Shown here in pieces: positions 19,291 to 29,638 of a stretch of DNA of 61,021 nucleotides. Numbering within the stretch: the first letter of the stretch is position 1; each line of letters begins with the position of its first letter. The notes beneath the pieces were generated by a model. The model was not told where the DNA came from, did no database searches, and worked only from the letters and a program-made list of their open reading frames with translations. Origin of the DNA: a virus (Duplodnaviria; Caudoviricetes); the IMG/VR virus record IMGVR_UViG_3300032309_000977, positions 1 to 61,021 of that record. One strand, 5' to 3'. The position numbers and the translations under genes are program-made.

Positions 19291-20842
19291 AATTGAAGAC
19301 GAGGGTCTATTAGACATTGAAGAATTAGCAGAGGAACTTGATGAGACCTCTGCTGAGTTCATTGATGGGCTAGTAAATAGACTCATTGTTTTCACTGAAG
19401 AATTCTGTGACGTAGAATTCTTTCCCTACCAGTTACCTATTGCATACAGAATGATTGAGTCAATTGTTTTGGGAGATGGTGACGAACTTACCATTATTGC
19501 AACTCGTCAGTCTGGTAAGTCAGAAGTAATGTCAGCAGTAATGGCATCCATGATGGTTATTCTTCCAAAACTTGCTCCCGTATATCCAACATGGTTATCT
19601 AAGTTTGAGAAAGGTTTTTGGTGCGGAGTGTTTGCCCCAACCGAAGACCAAGCAGATACAGTGTTTAGCCGTATCGTCAGCAAACTTACAAGTGACCATG
19701 CCCTTGAGTTTTTGCTTGACCCAGAAATTGACGATAAAGCAGCATCGGGTGGTACTCGTGGTAAGGGTCGCATCATCACTTTAAAGCACGCAGGTTCCCT
19801 TTGCCGTATGCAAACCTGTAACCCTAAAGCAAAGATTGAATCAAAAACTTATCACTTTGTCATGATTGACGAGGCTCAAGAAGCCGACGAAACCATGATT
19901 GCTAAGTCAATTAAACCAATGTTGGCGTTTAACAACGGAAGTATTTGCCTGACTGGTACGGCTAATCGTAATAAATCTTACTTCTATAAGATGATTCAAT
20001 TCAACAAGCGTCGTGCTGTAAACGGTGGAAAACGACATCGCCAAGCCCATTTTGAGTACGACCACAAAATGGCATCTAAATACAACCCTAACTATGCAAA
20101 ATTTATTGCTAAAGAAAAAATGCGTATCGGTGAAGATTCAGACGAATTCCAAATGTCGTACTGTAATAAATGGATTCTTGAAAAGGGTATGTTTATTACC
20201 GAAGAAAGAATGGAACGGTTGTATGACCAATCCATGCCACTTGTAAAACAATGGTGGCGTACTCAGGTAGTTGTAGGAATTGACGTAGCAAGACAAACCG
20301 ACTCTACAGTAGTAACCGTTGTGTGGGTTGATTGGGACCACCCAGACCCATTTGGGTTTTACGAACACCGTATTCTCAACTGGTTGGAAATTAATAACCA
20401 AGAATGGGAAAGTCAATATTTTGAAATCATTGACTTCCTACGAAATTATGAAGTTCTTCGTGTGGGCGTAGACTCACAGGGTGTTGGTGGTGCTGTAGCA
20501 GAACGACTCCAATTACTGATGCCTGATATAGATGTACTTGCTGTGTCTTCTGACGCCAAAGCGCAACACGAGCGCTGGGTTCACCTAACAGAACTAATTC
20601 AACGTGAACAGTTAATTATTCCAGCCCACTCTAAGGCTCGCCGTACCAGAACTTGGAAACGATTTAATCAACAAATGTCAGACCTTGAAAAGGTGTACAA
20701 AGGTCCTTACCTTTTAGCATCCGCACCAGAAGAAAAAGGTGCGTTTGACGACTATCCAGACTCCCTTGCTTTGGCTTGTTCCATGACAGTTTTTGAGACA
20801 ATGCCAGAGGTCCAAGTGGGTATGTCACCATTTTTCCGATAA
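19283..20842 (+). CDS. terL: terminase large subunit
   Basis: Walker A RQSGKS, Walker B VMIDEAQ, motif III LTGT, nuclease GIDVA...DST and FDDYPDSLALA. Confidence 0.93.
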   Translation: MLEIEDEGLLDIEELAEELDETSAEFIDGLVNRLIVFTEEFCDVEFFPYQLPIAYRMIESIVLGDGDELTIIATRQSGKSEVMSAVMASMMVILPKLAPVYPTWLSKFEKGFWCGVFAPTEDQADTVFSRIVSKLTSDHALEFLLDPEIDDKAASGGTRGKGRIITLKHAGSLCRMQTCNPKAKIESKTYHFVMIDEAQEADETMIAKSIKPMLAFNNGSICLTGTANRNKSYFYKMIQFNKRRAVNGGKRHRQAHFEYDHKMASKYNPNYAKFIAKEKMRIGEDSDEFQMSYCNKWILEKGMFITEERMERLYDQSMPLVKQWWRTQVVVGIDVARQTDSTVVTVVWVDWDHPDPFGFYEHRILNWLEINNQEWESQYFEIIDFLRNYEVLRVGVDSQGVGGAVAERLQLLMPDIDVLAVSSDAKAQHERWVHLTELIQREQLIIPAHSKARRTRTWKRFNQQMSDLEKVYKGPYLLASAPEEKGAFDDYPDSLALACSMTVFETMPEVQVGMSPFFR

Positions 20843-20904
20843 TGGTGCTATGAAAAATGGTACAGTAGTAGAAAGTTAAATCCCCTATTTGGAGGCATTT
20901 CATA

Positions 20905-21306
20905 ATGAATGTATCACCAGCACCAATGTTCCCAGAGCGTTCGCCAGTCATGTTTGAAACTGACTACGCACCAAGCATTCCTGGAAACAAAGGACCGCTT
21001 CGCTTTGAAGAAGGTGTAGCAACAGACACAGACGTACCTAACGATTTTGCTGTAGGTGCATATGTTGACACTGCATCGGCTCCTGGTCGTCAGAACCACA
21101 ACAACCCAGAAATGTTCTACAAGCACCCTGAAGACACCATGCGTGAGCGTGCTCATGTTGGTTCGGCTTCGTGGATTGAGGCTCCTGTAGTTCTTTCAGA
21201 CTTTGTACAAGGTGCAATGGCAGGCGACGGCATGCCACAATTTGAGCGTGAAATGAACTCAGGCGCTCACATGAACCGTCCAAACCCAACAGTCGTATTT
21301 GACTGA
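20905..21306 (+). CDS. hypothetical protein
   Basis: GGAGG RBS, upstream TACAGT. Confidence 0.65.
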   Translation: MNVSPAPMFPERSPVMFETDYAPSIPGNKGPLRFEEGVATDTDVPNDFAVGAYVDTASAPGRQNHNNPEMFYKHPEDTMRERAHVGSASWIEAPVVLSDFVQGAMAGDGMPQFEREMNSGAHMNRPNPTVVFD

Positions 21307-21332
21307 TTAGCCAGTAGAACTGGCGGCACACT

Positions 21333-21827
21333 ATGCGTGGTGGGGAACCTAGACGCCTGAACTTATCATTAAGTTCTGGTATCTCTGGGTCCCCTATCGC
21401 AAGTAGCCCAAGAAGTGGTGGATTATACGACTTTTCTGCAATGCGTCGTGCTCGTTGGTCAGAGTTTTATTCCGACCAACACACAGGCAGAAACCTTGGT
21501 TATGACTACAACTTTCAAAATAAGTATGTAGCAAAATCTCCAGGTGGGCGAACAGGCTTTATTGGAAACAAATATCAGTCTGCCCGTCGTGAATCTAGTT
21601 CGGCTCAAATTGTAAAAGACCCACTAGATGCGTTTAAACCGCACAGGCCAATGACCAAACTAAAAGGTGCTGGTGTACAACCTCGCATTCGTTTTATTGA
21701 TACAAAACGTATGCGTAATCGTGCTCAATTTTTGTATAACAAGGCTAACCCTCAAAACATTAATGAGTTAGACCTACAGCGTAAGTATGACTATCAAGAA
21801 TTAAAGCACTTAAAAGGAAATAACTAA
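21333..21827 (+). CDS. basic hypothetical protein
   Basis: Arg/Lys-rich, 164 aa. Confidence 0.6.
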   Translation: MRGGEPRRLNLSLSSGISGSPIASSPRSGGLYDFSAMRRARWSEFYSDQHTGRNLGYDYNFQNKYVAKSPGGRTGFIGNKYQSARRESSSAQIVKDPLDAFKPHRPMTKLKGAGVQPRIRFIDTKRMRNRAQFLYNKANPQNINELDLQRKYDYQELKHLKGNN

Positions 21828-22507
21828 TGGCTGTAGACCCACGTTTGTTTAGCCGTCAACACGGTTTACGCCCTGTATATGCAGCAGAAGGCTCTAACTT
21901 TATTGGTATTGAAGGCAAAAATTTAAGACCTCATGAATTAGGCAATTTAAGGCACAACATTAAGACGATTGCTCAAATGGCTACTCCAGAACAAGTGCAG
22001 GCTGGAGATGAATGGTACGACATAGCGCAAGACGAGGCTGACAGACTATCTCCACGTGATTTAAATATGGGTGCTGGAATTATTGCTGCTGCAAGTCCTC
22101 AAAAAGAATGGACTAATAACTTAGAAATTGCAAAAAGAGTTATGAAAAGTGGAGACATCAGAGGATTAACTGGTCAAAATGCTATAAAAGCATTAAGAAT
22201 TCGCAGTGGAGAAAATCCAGAGGATGTGCTTCCTATGCGAATTAAGACTGGTCAGTTTTATCACAATATTAAAGACCCAAATAATCCACATTTTTTAACT
22301 GTAGATACACATGCTCACAACATTGCAGTTGGTCATGTATATAACAAAGAAGACCTTGGACTTGATTCTTACGGGCGATATGACACTGTTAAAAACGCAT
22401 ATATGCACGTAGCAAATCAACTAGGAATAACTAATCCTAACCGACTTCAGGCTCGTACATGGGTTACATGGAAAGGGCTTGACCGACCTAAAAGGACCTA
22501 TAGATGA
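21827..22507 (+). CDS. DUF7178-like helical protein (possible glycosylase-like fold)
   Basis: WY...GIIAAASPQ..W..N, K...FY.NI, TVD.HA, LQA.TW. Confidence 0.55.
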   Translation: MAVDPRLFSRQHGLRPVYAAEGSNFIGIEGKNLRPHELGNLRHNIKTIAQMATPEQVQAGDEWYDIAQDEADRLSPRDLNMGAGIIAAASPQKEWTNNLEIAKRVMKSGDIRGLTGQNAIKALRIRSGENPEDVLPMRIKTGQFYHNIKDPNNPHFLTVDTHAHNIAVGHVYNKEDLGLDSYGRYDTVKNAYMHVANQLGITNPNRLQARTWVTWKGLDRPKRTYR

Positions 22508-22722
22508 GTGACGCATGGGCAATCATTATTGCGGCTGCTATACCCGTAGTTGGAACAGGAGTCGGTTTTCTTATACGGGAATTCAAGAATTTCAGAATAG
22601 AAAATCGCCAAGACCACGCAAACGTAATGTCCGAACTTCGCAAAGTTCGTCAAGGTGTTGAAAACGTAGCAGGTCGTTTAAACAGCCACATTGACTGGCA
22701 CATGGATAAAGGAAAGAAATGA
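22504..22722 (+). CDS. single-TM + coiled-coil protein (lysis cassette)
   Basis: N-terminal TM, C-terminal HIDWH. Confidence 0.6.
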   Translation: MSDAWAIIIAAAIPVVGTGVGFLIREFKNFRIENRQDHANVMSELRKVRQGVENVAGRLNSHIDWHMDKGKK

Positions 22723-22967
22723 AACAACTTCAAAATATTCTATTACGAATTCTTGCAACTTTTGCAGCGTCTGGTTTAGGTGTAATTGGTGCAGGAGCCA
22801 TCGCTGGCGTTCCTTTGTGGAAAGCCATGTTTATGGCTGGTATTGCTGGGGTCGCATTTGTAGTAGAAGGTTTGTCTAGGGCATTCCTTGACGATGGTAA
22901 ACTTAGTCTTGACGAAATCAACGCCGTGTTCAACAAAGTTGACGGGAAGGATAAAGAAGAAAAATGA
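22719..22967 (+). CDS. putative holin
   Basis: Two TM segments, charged C-terminus, directly upstream of the endolysin. Confidence 0.6.
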   Translation: MKQLQNILLRILATFAASGLGVIGAGAIAGVPLWKAMFMAGIAGVAFVVEGLSRAFLDDGKLSLDEINAVFNKVDGKDKEEK

Positions 22968-23515
22968 GCAAAGTTGCTTGGGATTATATTGTTCCTGTAA
23001 AAATGCCTCTTGACTTACAAGGGGTACAACCTGGAAAACTTCCAGATAAGTTGTTGAAGCCTGCCGTAGGCGGTGGAAGGTTACACCATCTTGCCGCAGA
23101 CGCATGGGCTGCTATGGTGGCTAAGGCTAAATCTGAGGGTGTTGAACTAAAACCGACTTCCGCAGGCGACACATATAGAGAATACGAGTTGCAAAAAAAA
23201 GGATTCCTCCAACGCTACAGCCTTGAGGATACGGGAACTGGTAAGACCAAGACCTTTGAAGGCAAGACGTGGTACTTGAAGAAGGGCATGGCGACCTTGG
23301 CTACCCCAGGAAAATCGCAGCATAACCTTGGCTTGGCGGTTGACGTGCATTCAGCAGCCGAACCTAAGCGTTTGAACTGGCTCATTGCTAATGTTAAATT
23401 GTTTGGCTTCTCATGGGAAGTTGTCCCTGAAGAACCTTGGCACTTGCGCTATGTAGCAGGTAACAATGTTCCCCCAGCAGTGGTAGAGTTTACGCAGCAA
23501 CAGAAAGCAGTGTAG
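22964..23515 (+). CDS. endolysin, M15 (VanY-like) zinc peptidase
   Basis: PGKSQHNLGLAVD (SxHxxGxAxD), EPWH. Confidence 0.88.
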   Translation: MSKVAWDYIVPVKMPLDLQGVQPGKLPDKLLKPAVGGGRLHHLAADAWAAMVAKAKSEGVELKPTSAGDTYREYELQKKGFLQRYSLEDTGTGKTKTFEGKTWYLKKGMATLATPGKSQHNLGLAVDVHSAAEPKRLNWLIANVKLFGFSWEVVPEEPWHLRYVAGNNVPPAVVEFTQQQKAV

Positions 23516-23530
23516 TTACCCGAATACAAT

Positions 23531-23827
23531 TTGGAGCACAATTTGTCTAAAGAATCGTTAATAGAAGACTTACAAAACCCATTACGAAGTGTAAAAACAA
23601 CTCCTTGCAAATTAGGCAGGATACTGTTAGACATCTCTGATGCGGAACGTGAGCAATTAAATAAATCAATTGAGACTATCCGTAACGATAGCGCACAAGC
23701 CAAAAACAAGGTCTACAGTTCCGTATGGCTTTCTAAGGTGTTGCGTAGTCACGGATATGGCATTAGTGTAAGTACTGTACAACGACATGTAAACAAGGAG
23801 TGTTTCTGTGACCAGTCTGATAAATGA
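23531..23827 (+). CDS. hypothetical protein, possible HTH/Zn site
   Basis: C...ISVSTVQRH....CFC. Confidence 0.55.
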   Translation: MEHNLSKESLIEDLQNPLRSVKTTPCKLGRILLDISDAEREQLNKSIETIRNDSAQAKNKVYSSVWLSKVLRSHGYGISVSTVQRHVNKECFCDQSDK

Positions 23828-24962
23828 TTTAAGTGCGCCTGCACAAGATAAGACCAAATTGCTTGGCAAATTGGTTGAAATGCTTGAAAGTAAAAACATT
23901 GATATCAACGAAATTGGTGATATCAAACGTGTAAAACTTTACCAAGCACTTACTAAAGACTCTGAGGGTGAAGCACAAATTCATGACCTTGCTGCAATTC
24001 AGTTTTCTCCCAAGTGGGAAACTGGTCCTGAGTGGCCTGTAGTCCAACAAGGTCCAGCAATTAAATTGCCTGCATTTAAAGCAAAGGCTAAGAAAGCAAC
24101 GACCTTTAAGACTTGTTTAGTTCCACCAGATATTCAAATTGGTTATTACCGAAATCGTGAAGGGCAACTAGAACCTACACATGATGAAAAGGCATTAGAG
24201 ATTTGCCTAAAGGTTGCTAAAGATTTACAACCAGAAACCATTGTTCTTGTAGGTGACAACCTTGACTTTCCTGAGATGGGTAAGTATGTGACATACCCTG
24301 CATATGCACAAACTACTCAAGCATCTATTGACCGTGCAACCTTGTTCTGCGCTCAACTTCGTGCTGCTGCTCCTGAAGCAAAGATTATCTGGCTTGCAGG
24401 AAACCATGAAGAACGAATGCCTAAGTACCTTGTGCAAAATGCGGCTGCTGCTTATGGTCTTCGTAAAGGTAATACTCCAGACTCATGGCCTGTACTTTCA
24501 GTTCCATACCTTTGCCGTATGGACGATTTTGGAATTGAATATCGTCCAGGTTATCCAGCATCTGACTATTGGGTCAATGAGAAGTTGCGAATCATTCACG
24601 GTGACCGTGTAAAGTCGTCAGGCTCAACTGCACATGTTTATCTCAACAATGAGAAGACAAGTGTTATCTATGGGCATATTCACCGCATTGAAACGGCATT
24701 CAAAACTCGTGAAGACTTTGATGGTCCTCGCACTATCATGGCGGCTTCACCTGGTTGCCTTGCCCGAATTGATGGAGCCATTCCGTCTACTAAAGGCGGC
24801 GTAGACCTTGACGGACGCCCATTGACTCGCCATGAAAATTGGCAACAAGGGTTGGGTGTTGTTCGTTACGAAGACGATGGCGCTCACCGCTTCTCATATG
24901 ACGTAATTCCCATCTATAATGGCTGGGCTATTTATCAGGGCACTGAGTACTCAGCCGAATAG
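23808..24962 (+). CDS. calcineurin-like metallophosphoesterase
   Basis: DIQ, GDNLD, GNHE, HGD, GHIH. Confidence 0.88.
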   Translation: MTSLINDLSAPAQDKTKLLGKLVEMLESKNIDINEIGDIKRVKLYQALTKDSEGEAQIHDLAAIQFSPKWETGPEWPVVQQGPAIKLPAFKAKAKKATTFKTCLVPPDIQIGYYRNREGQLEPTHDEKALEICLKVAKDLQPETIVLVGDNLDFPEMGKYVTYPAYAQTTQASIDRATLFCAQLRAAAPEAKIIWLAGNHEERMPKYLVQNAAAAYGLRKGNTPDSWPVLSVPYLCRMDDFGIEYRPGYPASDYWVNEKLRIIHGDRVKSSGSTAHVYLNNEKTSVIYGHIHRIETAFKTREDFDGPRTIMAASPGCLARIDGAIPSTKGGVDLDGRPLTRHENWQQGLGVVRYEDDGAHRFSYDVIPIYNGWAIYQGTEYSAE

Positions 24963-24964
24963 CC

Positions 24965-25600
24965 ATGACTACCATTGTGGGTGTGCAGGGAGATGGATTC
25001 GCAGTAATCTGCGTAGATTCACGTATCTCTACCATGTTCGCTGGTGGTCTATCCCAGATAAGCACACTCAAAGAAGGGTCTAGCAAGGTATCAACTAATG
25101 GAAAATATTTACTCGGTGCTGCTGGAGATGTACGGGCCATCAACATTCTCCATCATGTGTTCCAACCGCCAACACCACCGCCAAACCTTAAAGGGAAGAA
25201 ACTTGACCAGTTCTTTACGGCAAAGTTTATACCAGCACTCCGTGAATGCTTTGATGCACAAGGCTACTCAATCCCAGACCTCAACGAAAACAAAGAGCAC
25301 ATCGCAGAACAAGGCTCAAGCATCCTCGTAGTAATCAACGGTACTATTTACATAGTTGATGGGGATTACTCTTGGGCTTCTGATGCCAGTGGTATTTACA
25401 CCATAGGGTCTGGTTCTGCCTATGCGCTGGGTGCATTGCAAGTCTTAGCAAACAATAAAAAACTGACTGTTCAGCAGTCAAAAACCCTTGCATTAAAGGC
25501 TCTCACTATCGCTGCCAAATATGACCCCCATACTGGCGCACCATACCAAACATTCATTCAAGAGTGTGAGGCAAACAACAAAAGGCGCAAGCCTGTATAA
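24965..25600 (+). CDS. Ntn-hydrolase, proteasome-beta/HslV-like peptidase
   Basis: N-terminal (M)TTIVG, DSR, conserved K, AG, IGSG, D..TG. Confidence 0.85.
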   Translation: MTTIVGVQGDGFAVICVDSRISTMFAGGLSQISTLKEGSSKVSTNGKYLLGAAGDVRAINILHHVFQPPTPPPNLKGKKLDQFFTAKFIPALRECFDAQGYSIPDLNENKEHIAEQGSSILVVINGTIYIVDGDYSWASDASGIYTIGSGSAYALGALQVLANNKKLTVQQSKTLALKALTIAAKYDPHTGAPYQTFIQECEANNKRRKPV

Positions 25601-25626
25601 TCAAAGTACACAACTTAGGAGAAATC

Positions 25627-25914
25627 ATGTCAGACCTTAAGAAAAATCACGCAGATGCAGCAATCAAGGGTGCAGCCCTTGGTGTATTGACCTACGTAGG
25701 CACTCAGTTCAACCTTTCGGCAGAACTCATTGCCTTGCTAGTTCCAGTAGTTGCTACCGCTTTGTCGGTAGTTTCCACCAAAATTGGTGACAAAAACACT
25801 GCTCTATTGTTGAAGGTTGCTACTCAGGCAATTGACTTTGCCCCTGTCAAAAAGGATGTTGCCCCTGCAAAGAAGGCTCCAGCCAAGAAAACAACAGCAG
25901 CAAAAAAGAAGTAA
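25627..25914 (+). CDS. two-TM protein with Lys/Ala-rich tail (holin-like)
   Basis: Two hydrophobic segments, APAKKAPAKK tail; upstream TATAAT at 25596-25601 and AGGAG. Confidence 0.6.
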   Translation: MSDLKKNHADAAIKGAALGVLTYVGTQFNLSAELIALLVPVVATALSVVSTKIGDKNTALLLKVATQAIDFAPVKKDVAPAKKAPAKKTTAAKKK

Positions 25915-25934
25915 TATCTTATTACTTCGTTTTT
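25908..25934 (+). terminator. putative intrinsic terminator
   Basis: GAAGTAATA-tct-TATTACTTC followed by GTTTTT; AT-rich stem. Confidence 0.4.
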
Positions 25935-25952
25935 CCATGCAAAGGGTAACTA

Positions 25953-27635
25953 ATGCCGATTGACTTCTGGTCTCCCTCATATAGAGCAGCATCTAGTGAC
26001 CTTACTGTATCTATCTCTCCGCTTGGCTTAGTAGAACTTGCCGACGAAGAATTTGAAGTCCATGGTCCACGTCTAAACCGATATGCTTCGGCTTGGGCGT
26101 GGTACCTAGGACATCACTGGTCGTACCGCCGTGAGATGGGCGAATCACAGTTCTACATGAATTATGTCCGAACTATGTCGGACTACATCACTAACTTTTG
26201 CTTTGGTAAAGGTATTCAATTCAAAGTACCTGAGCAAAACGGTGCAATCATTCCACACCTTCTCCACAAAGTATGGGAAGGGCACAACAATAAACACTAT
26301 GTTTTGTGGGAATTAGGACAACTTGCTTCTGTAACTGGTGATGCTTTTGTTAAGGTTGCCTATGAGGAACCGTATCAAGACGCTTCGGGAATCATCAACG
26401 AGGGTCGTATTCGCATTATCCCGTTGAACCCAGCGCACTGTTTCCCTGAATATCATCCACATGACCGTGACAGAATTATTAGATTTAAACTTAAGTATCG
26501 TTTCTGGGGTACATCTCCAGAAGGTACTCGTCAGGTATACACCTTTACAGAAATCCTTACAGAGGAAATGGTTCAACAGTACATCAACGATGAATTGATT
26601 GACCAATACCCTAATGCTCTTGGGACTATCCCAATCGTGCATATTCCAAACGCAACGATTTCTTCATCGCCTTGGGGTCAGTCAGATATCTGGGACATCA
26701 TTCCTCTTAACCGTGAACTTAATGAGAAGATGATTGAAGTTTCTGACATCATCAACTATCACGCCGCACCTGTAACGATTATTACAGGCGCTAAGGCTTC
26801 ACAATTAGAGCGTGGACCTAAGAAAGTTTGGGCTGGTCTTCCAAAAGACGCTAGTGTATTTAACCTTGAATCTCGTGGAGAGATGGCTGGTGCTTTAGAG
26901 TATGTCAACTTCCTAAAGCGCACAATGCACGAGATTACTGGAGTACCTGAGACTGCTCTAGGACAAGCACAACCAGTGTCTAACACTTCTGGTGTTGCTT
27001 TGGCTATTCAGTACCAGCCAATGATGAATCGTTTCATGATGAAAAAGATTCATTTTACAAAGGGTCTTGAGCGTCTAAACGAAATCATTATTCGTACTGC
27101 GGCTATATTCCGACCAGAAATGCTGATGTATGACCCAAGTCAAGCAGCCCAAATGGAACGGGATAACCTCCCACAACTAGACCCAATGGACCCTTTGACT
27201 TATAAAACAGAGGTTCATTGGCCTGAACCGTTGCCTGTTGATGTGCTTATCAAACTTAACGAAGTACAGTCAAAGATGGCATTGGGTCTGGAATCCAAGC
27301 GTGGCGCTCTTAGAATCCTCGGTGAGGAGTTCCCGAACGAGAAGATGTCTGAAATCTTTGAAGAACTTATGGACGACGCTATAGACCAAGGAGCCTTGGA
27401 CATGCTCCGCTCGCAGATTGGTCAGGCGGTAATGATGGCAACAGGAATGCTCCCAACAGAGGGAGGTCCACAGCCAGCAAGCGCAGGTGGTTCTGATGTA
27501 TCATCTGCACAGGGTTCTTCAGGACCAATGCCAGGAACGGCAGTAAATCCTGTAGAAGCCGATTTGATGAATCAATTGGTTAGCAGGACCTACGGTGCTC
27601 GTTTTGCACAACGTAGAGTCCCAGACGAAGAATAA
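25953..27635 (+). CDS. portal protein
   Basis: 560 aa; TGDAFVKV, IPIVHIPN...GQSDI, SGVAL (SPP1-like portal); position before scaffold and capsid. Confidence 0.88.
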   Translation: MPIDFWSPSYRAASSDLTVSISPLGLVELADEEFEVHGPRLNRYASAWAWYLGHHWSYRREMGESQFYMNYVRTMSDYITNFCFGKGIQFKVPEQNGAIIPHLLHKVWEGHNNKHYVLWELGQLASVTGDAFVKVAYEEPYQDASGIINEGRIRIIPLNPAHCFPEYHPHDRDRIIRFKLKYRFWGTSPEGTRQVYTFTEILTEEMVQQYINDELIDQYPNALGTIPIVHIPNATISSSPWGQSDIWDIIPLNRELNEKMIEVSDIINYHAAPVTIITGAKASQLERGPKKVWAGLPKDASVFNLESRGEMAGALEYVNFLKRTMHEITGVPETALGQAQPVSNTSGVALAIQYQPMMNRFMMKKIHFTKGLERLNEIIIRTAAIFRPEMLMYDPSQAAQMERDNLPQLDPMDPLTYKTEVHWPEPLPVDVLIKLNEVQSKMALGLESKRGALRILGEEFPNEKMSEIFEELMDDAIDQGALDMLRSQIGQAVMMATGMLPTEGGPQPASAGGSDVSSAQGSSGPMPGTAVNPVEADLMNQLVSRTYGARFAQRRVPDEE

Positions 27636-27685
27636 TACAGAACATTAATTAAGCCCTAATAAGCCCAACTAACGAGGTAGTACAT

Positions 27686-28480
27686 ATGAGTAAGAAGAAT
27701 ACCCCTGAAGGGGATGTAATCCTATTTGAAGAAGCAGCACAGGAAGTAAGTAACCCAGTGCCTGCTACAAAAGAAACTCCAACATTCACACCAGATGATG
27801 TTGAGAAAATCCGTCAGCAAGAAAAAGACAAGATGTACAAGCGTCTTGAAGATGCTGACAACCGTGTAAAGAGCATGGAACAACAAATGGCTGTTATTGC
27901 CGCAGAGCGTGAAGAAGCCATTAAAAAGGCTGAAGAACAGGCTCGTAAAGAGGCTGAAATCATTCGTCAGCGTGAAGTTGAAGAACTCTCTGCTAAAGAA
28001 CTTTTGATTAAGCGTGAAGATGAATTCAATCAAAAAATAAATGCTATGCAAAATGATTGGCAATCTCGCCTAGATGCTATTGAAGCAGAGCGTCAGGCTT
28101 CTGCTGCTTTGCTTGAAAAAGAGCGTGAGCATCAGCAATTAATCTCTTACCTACAGCGCCGTGTGCAGGAAGAACAGGAATCAATCATTCCTGAACTTCT
28201 TGACCTCGTTGCTGGAAATACGGTAGAAGAAATTGAAAACTCAATCAGCGTACTTCGTGAACGAAGTTCTGCTATTCTGGAATCAATCCAACAAGCGTCT
28301 TCGCAACAGCGTGGAAACTTGAGGGGGGCGCTGGTAACAGCACCCGCCGTTGGGCCAATGGAAACTCAATCGGAGCAGCAAACGTTGACAGCGGAAGATA
28401 TCCGCAATATGTCCATGGAACAGTACCAAAAAATGCGTGACAGGCTCTTAAACGCACGTTCTTCTAGGGGTCGTTTCTAA
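27686..28480 (+). CDS. capsid scaffolding protein
   Basis: Coiled coil, acidic, ends I.NMSMEQY.KMR; between portal and MCP. Confidence 0.8.
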   Translation: MSKKNTPEGDVILFEEAAQEVSNPVPATKETPTFTPDDVEKIRQQEKDKMYKRLEDADNRVKSMEQQMAVIAAEREEAIKKAEEQARKEAEIIRQREVEELSAKELLIKREDEFNQKINAMQNDWQSRLDAIEAERQASAALLEKEREHQQLISYLQRRVQEEQESIIPELLDLVAGNTVEEIENSISVLRERSSAILESIQQASSQQRGNLRGALVTAPAVGPMETQSEQQTLTAEDIRNMSMEQYQKMRDRLLNARSSRGRF

Positions 28481-28506
28481 CACGGTGTTAGAAACTCTAG
28501 TAGAAT
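28473..28506 (+). promoter_or_regulatory. 23-bp palindrome plus -10 (TAGAAT) upstream of the major capsid gene
   Basis: GTTTCTAACAC-G-GTGTTAGAAAC, then TAGAAT at 28501-28506 and a GGAGG RBS. Confidence 0.55.
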
Positions 28507-28549
28507 TTACATACAACCAATAACCCTTTCCTAACGGAGGAAAAAACAC

Positions 28550-29638
28550 ATGGCATATCCAGGCCCAGCAGGTGGTTCTATCACTGGTGCAGACCTCTCG
28601 TCAATCACGACGACTGGCTACTCAAGTGATTCAACACTTTCACCTGCAATTCAAACAATCTGGTCCAAGGAAATCTTGTTCCAGGCAATGCCCGTTCTGC
28701 GCTTTGAGCAGTTCGCAGTAAAGAAGACCGAACTTGGTGTTATGCCAGGTTTGACCATCAACTTCATGCGTTACAACAACCTTGATGTTGCTTCCAACGG
28801 TTCAGAACTTGTTGAAGGTGTCCGCATGGACCCAACAGCATTGTCGGCATCGCAAATCCAAATCACAGTGAAGGAACAGGGTAAGTCGGTTGCAGTAACT
28901 GAACTTCTCTTGAACGCTTCGTTTGACGACGTTATGGCATCGTCAAGCCGTTTGCTTGGTCGTCACATGGCACAGTCCATGGACGTACAGGCACGCAACA
29001 CCTTGTACGCCGCAGGCGTTCCATTCGGTGGTGGTGCAGCAGTTGCTCCGTCGGTAGTCTTTGGTCGCAAGACCAACGGTTCTACCCGTGGTTCAATCGC
29101 TCCTTACGAGTACTCGGCAGCAGGTTCGGCTTCGGCTCCTGGCTACCTCTCACCAGCAACCATTAAGGATGCTGTTGAAGTACTTGCAGGTCAGAACATC
29201 CCACGCCTTGGCGACACCTACGTTTGCTTCGTTCACCCATCACAAAGCCGTTCGCTCCGTGACTGGCCTGAATTTATTGAAGTAACGAAGTATGCCGCTC
29301 CTGGCAACTTCATGCTCGGTGAAATTGGTCGCATCTACGACGTAGTATTCATTGAAACCACCCAAGTTCTTAAGGGTGGCACAAGCATTGTTGACTTGGC
29401 TCCAGGAACCGCTGGTTACCAAGACCCAACCGCAACCTCATACAGCGCAATTATGATCGGTGACAACGCATTTGGTCAGGCAATCGCCTTGCCAGTTGAA
29501 CTCCGTGACGGTGGCGTCATTGACTTTGGTCGTGAGCATGGTCTTGCTTGGTACGCAATCTGGGGCTTCGGCGTAATTACCGCAGAATCCCGTGTGATTT
29601 TGAACACCAAGGGTGGAGCAATTAACGACACCTTCTAA
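28550..29638 (+). CDS. major capsid protein (N4 gp56-like, HK97 fold)
   Basis: LVEGV, YVCFVHP, GEIGRIYDVVFIET, DFGR...AWY; strong RBS. Confidence 0.9.
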   Translation: MAYPGPAGGSITGADLSSITTTGYSSDSTLSPAIQTIWSKEILFQAMPVLRFEQFAVKKTELGVMPGLTINFMRYNNLDVASNGSELVEGVRMDPTALSASQIQITVKEQGKSVAVTELLLNASFDDVMASSSRLLGRHMAQSMDVQARNTLYAAGVPFGGGAAVAPSVVFGRKTNGSTRGSIAPYEYSAAGSASAPGYLSPATIKDAVEVLAGQNIPRLGDTYVCFVHPSQSRSLRDWPEFIEVTKYAAPGNFMLGEIGRIYDVVFIETTQVLKGGTSIVDLAPGTAGYQDPTATSYSAIMIGDNAFGQAIALPVELRDGGVIDFGREHGLAWYAIWGFGVITAESRVILNTKGGAINDTF

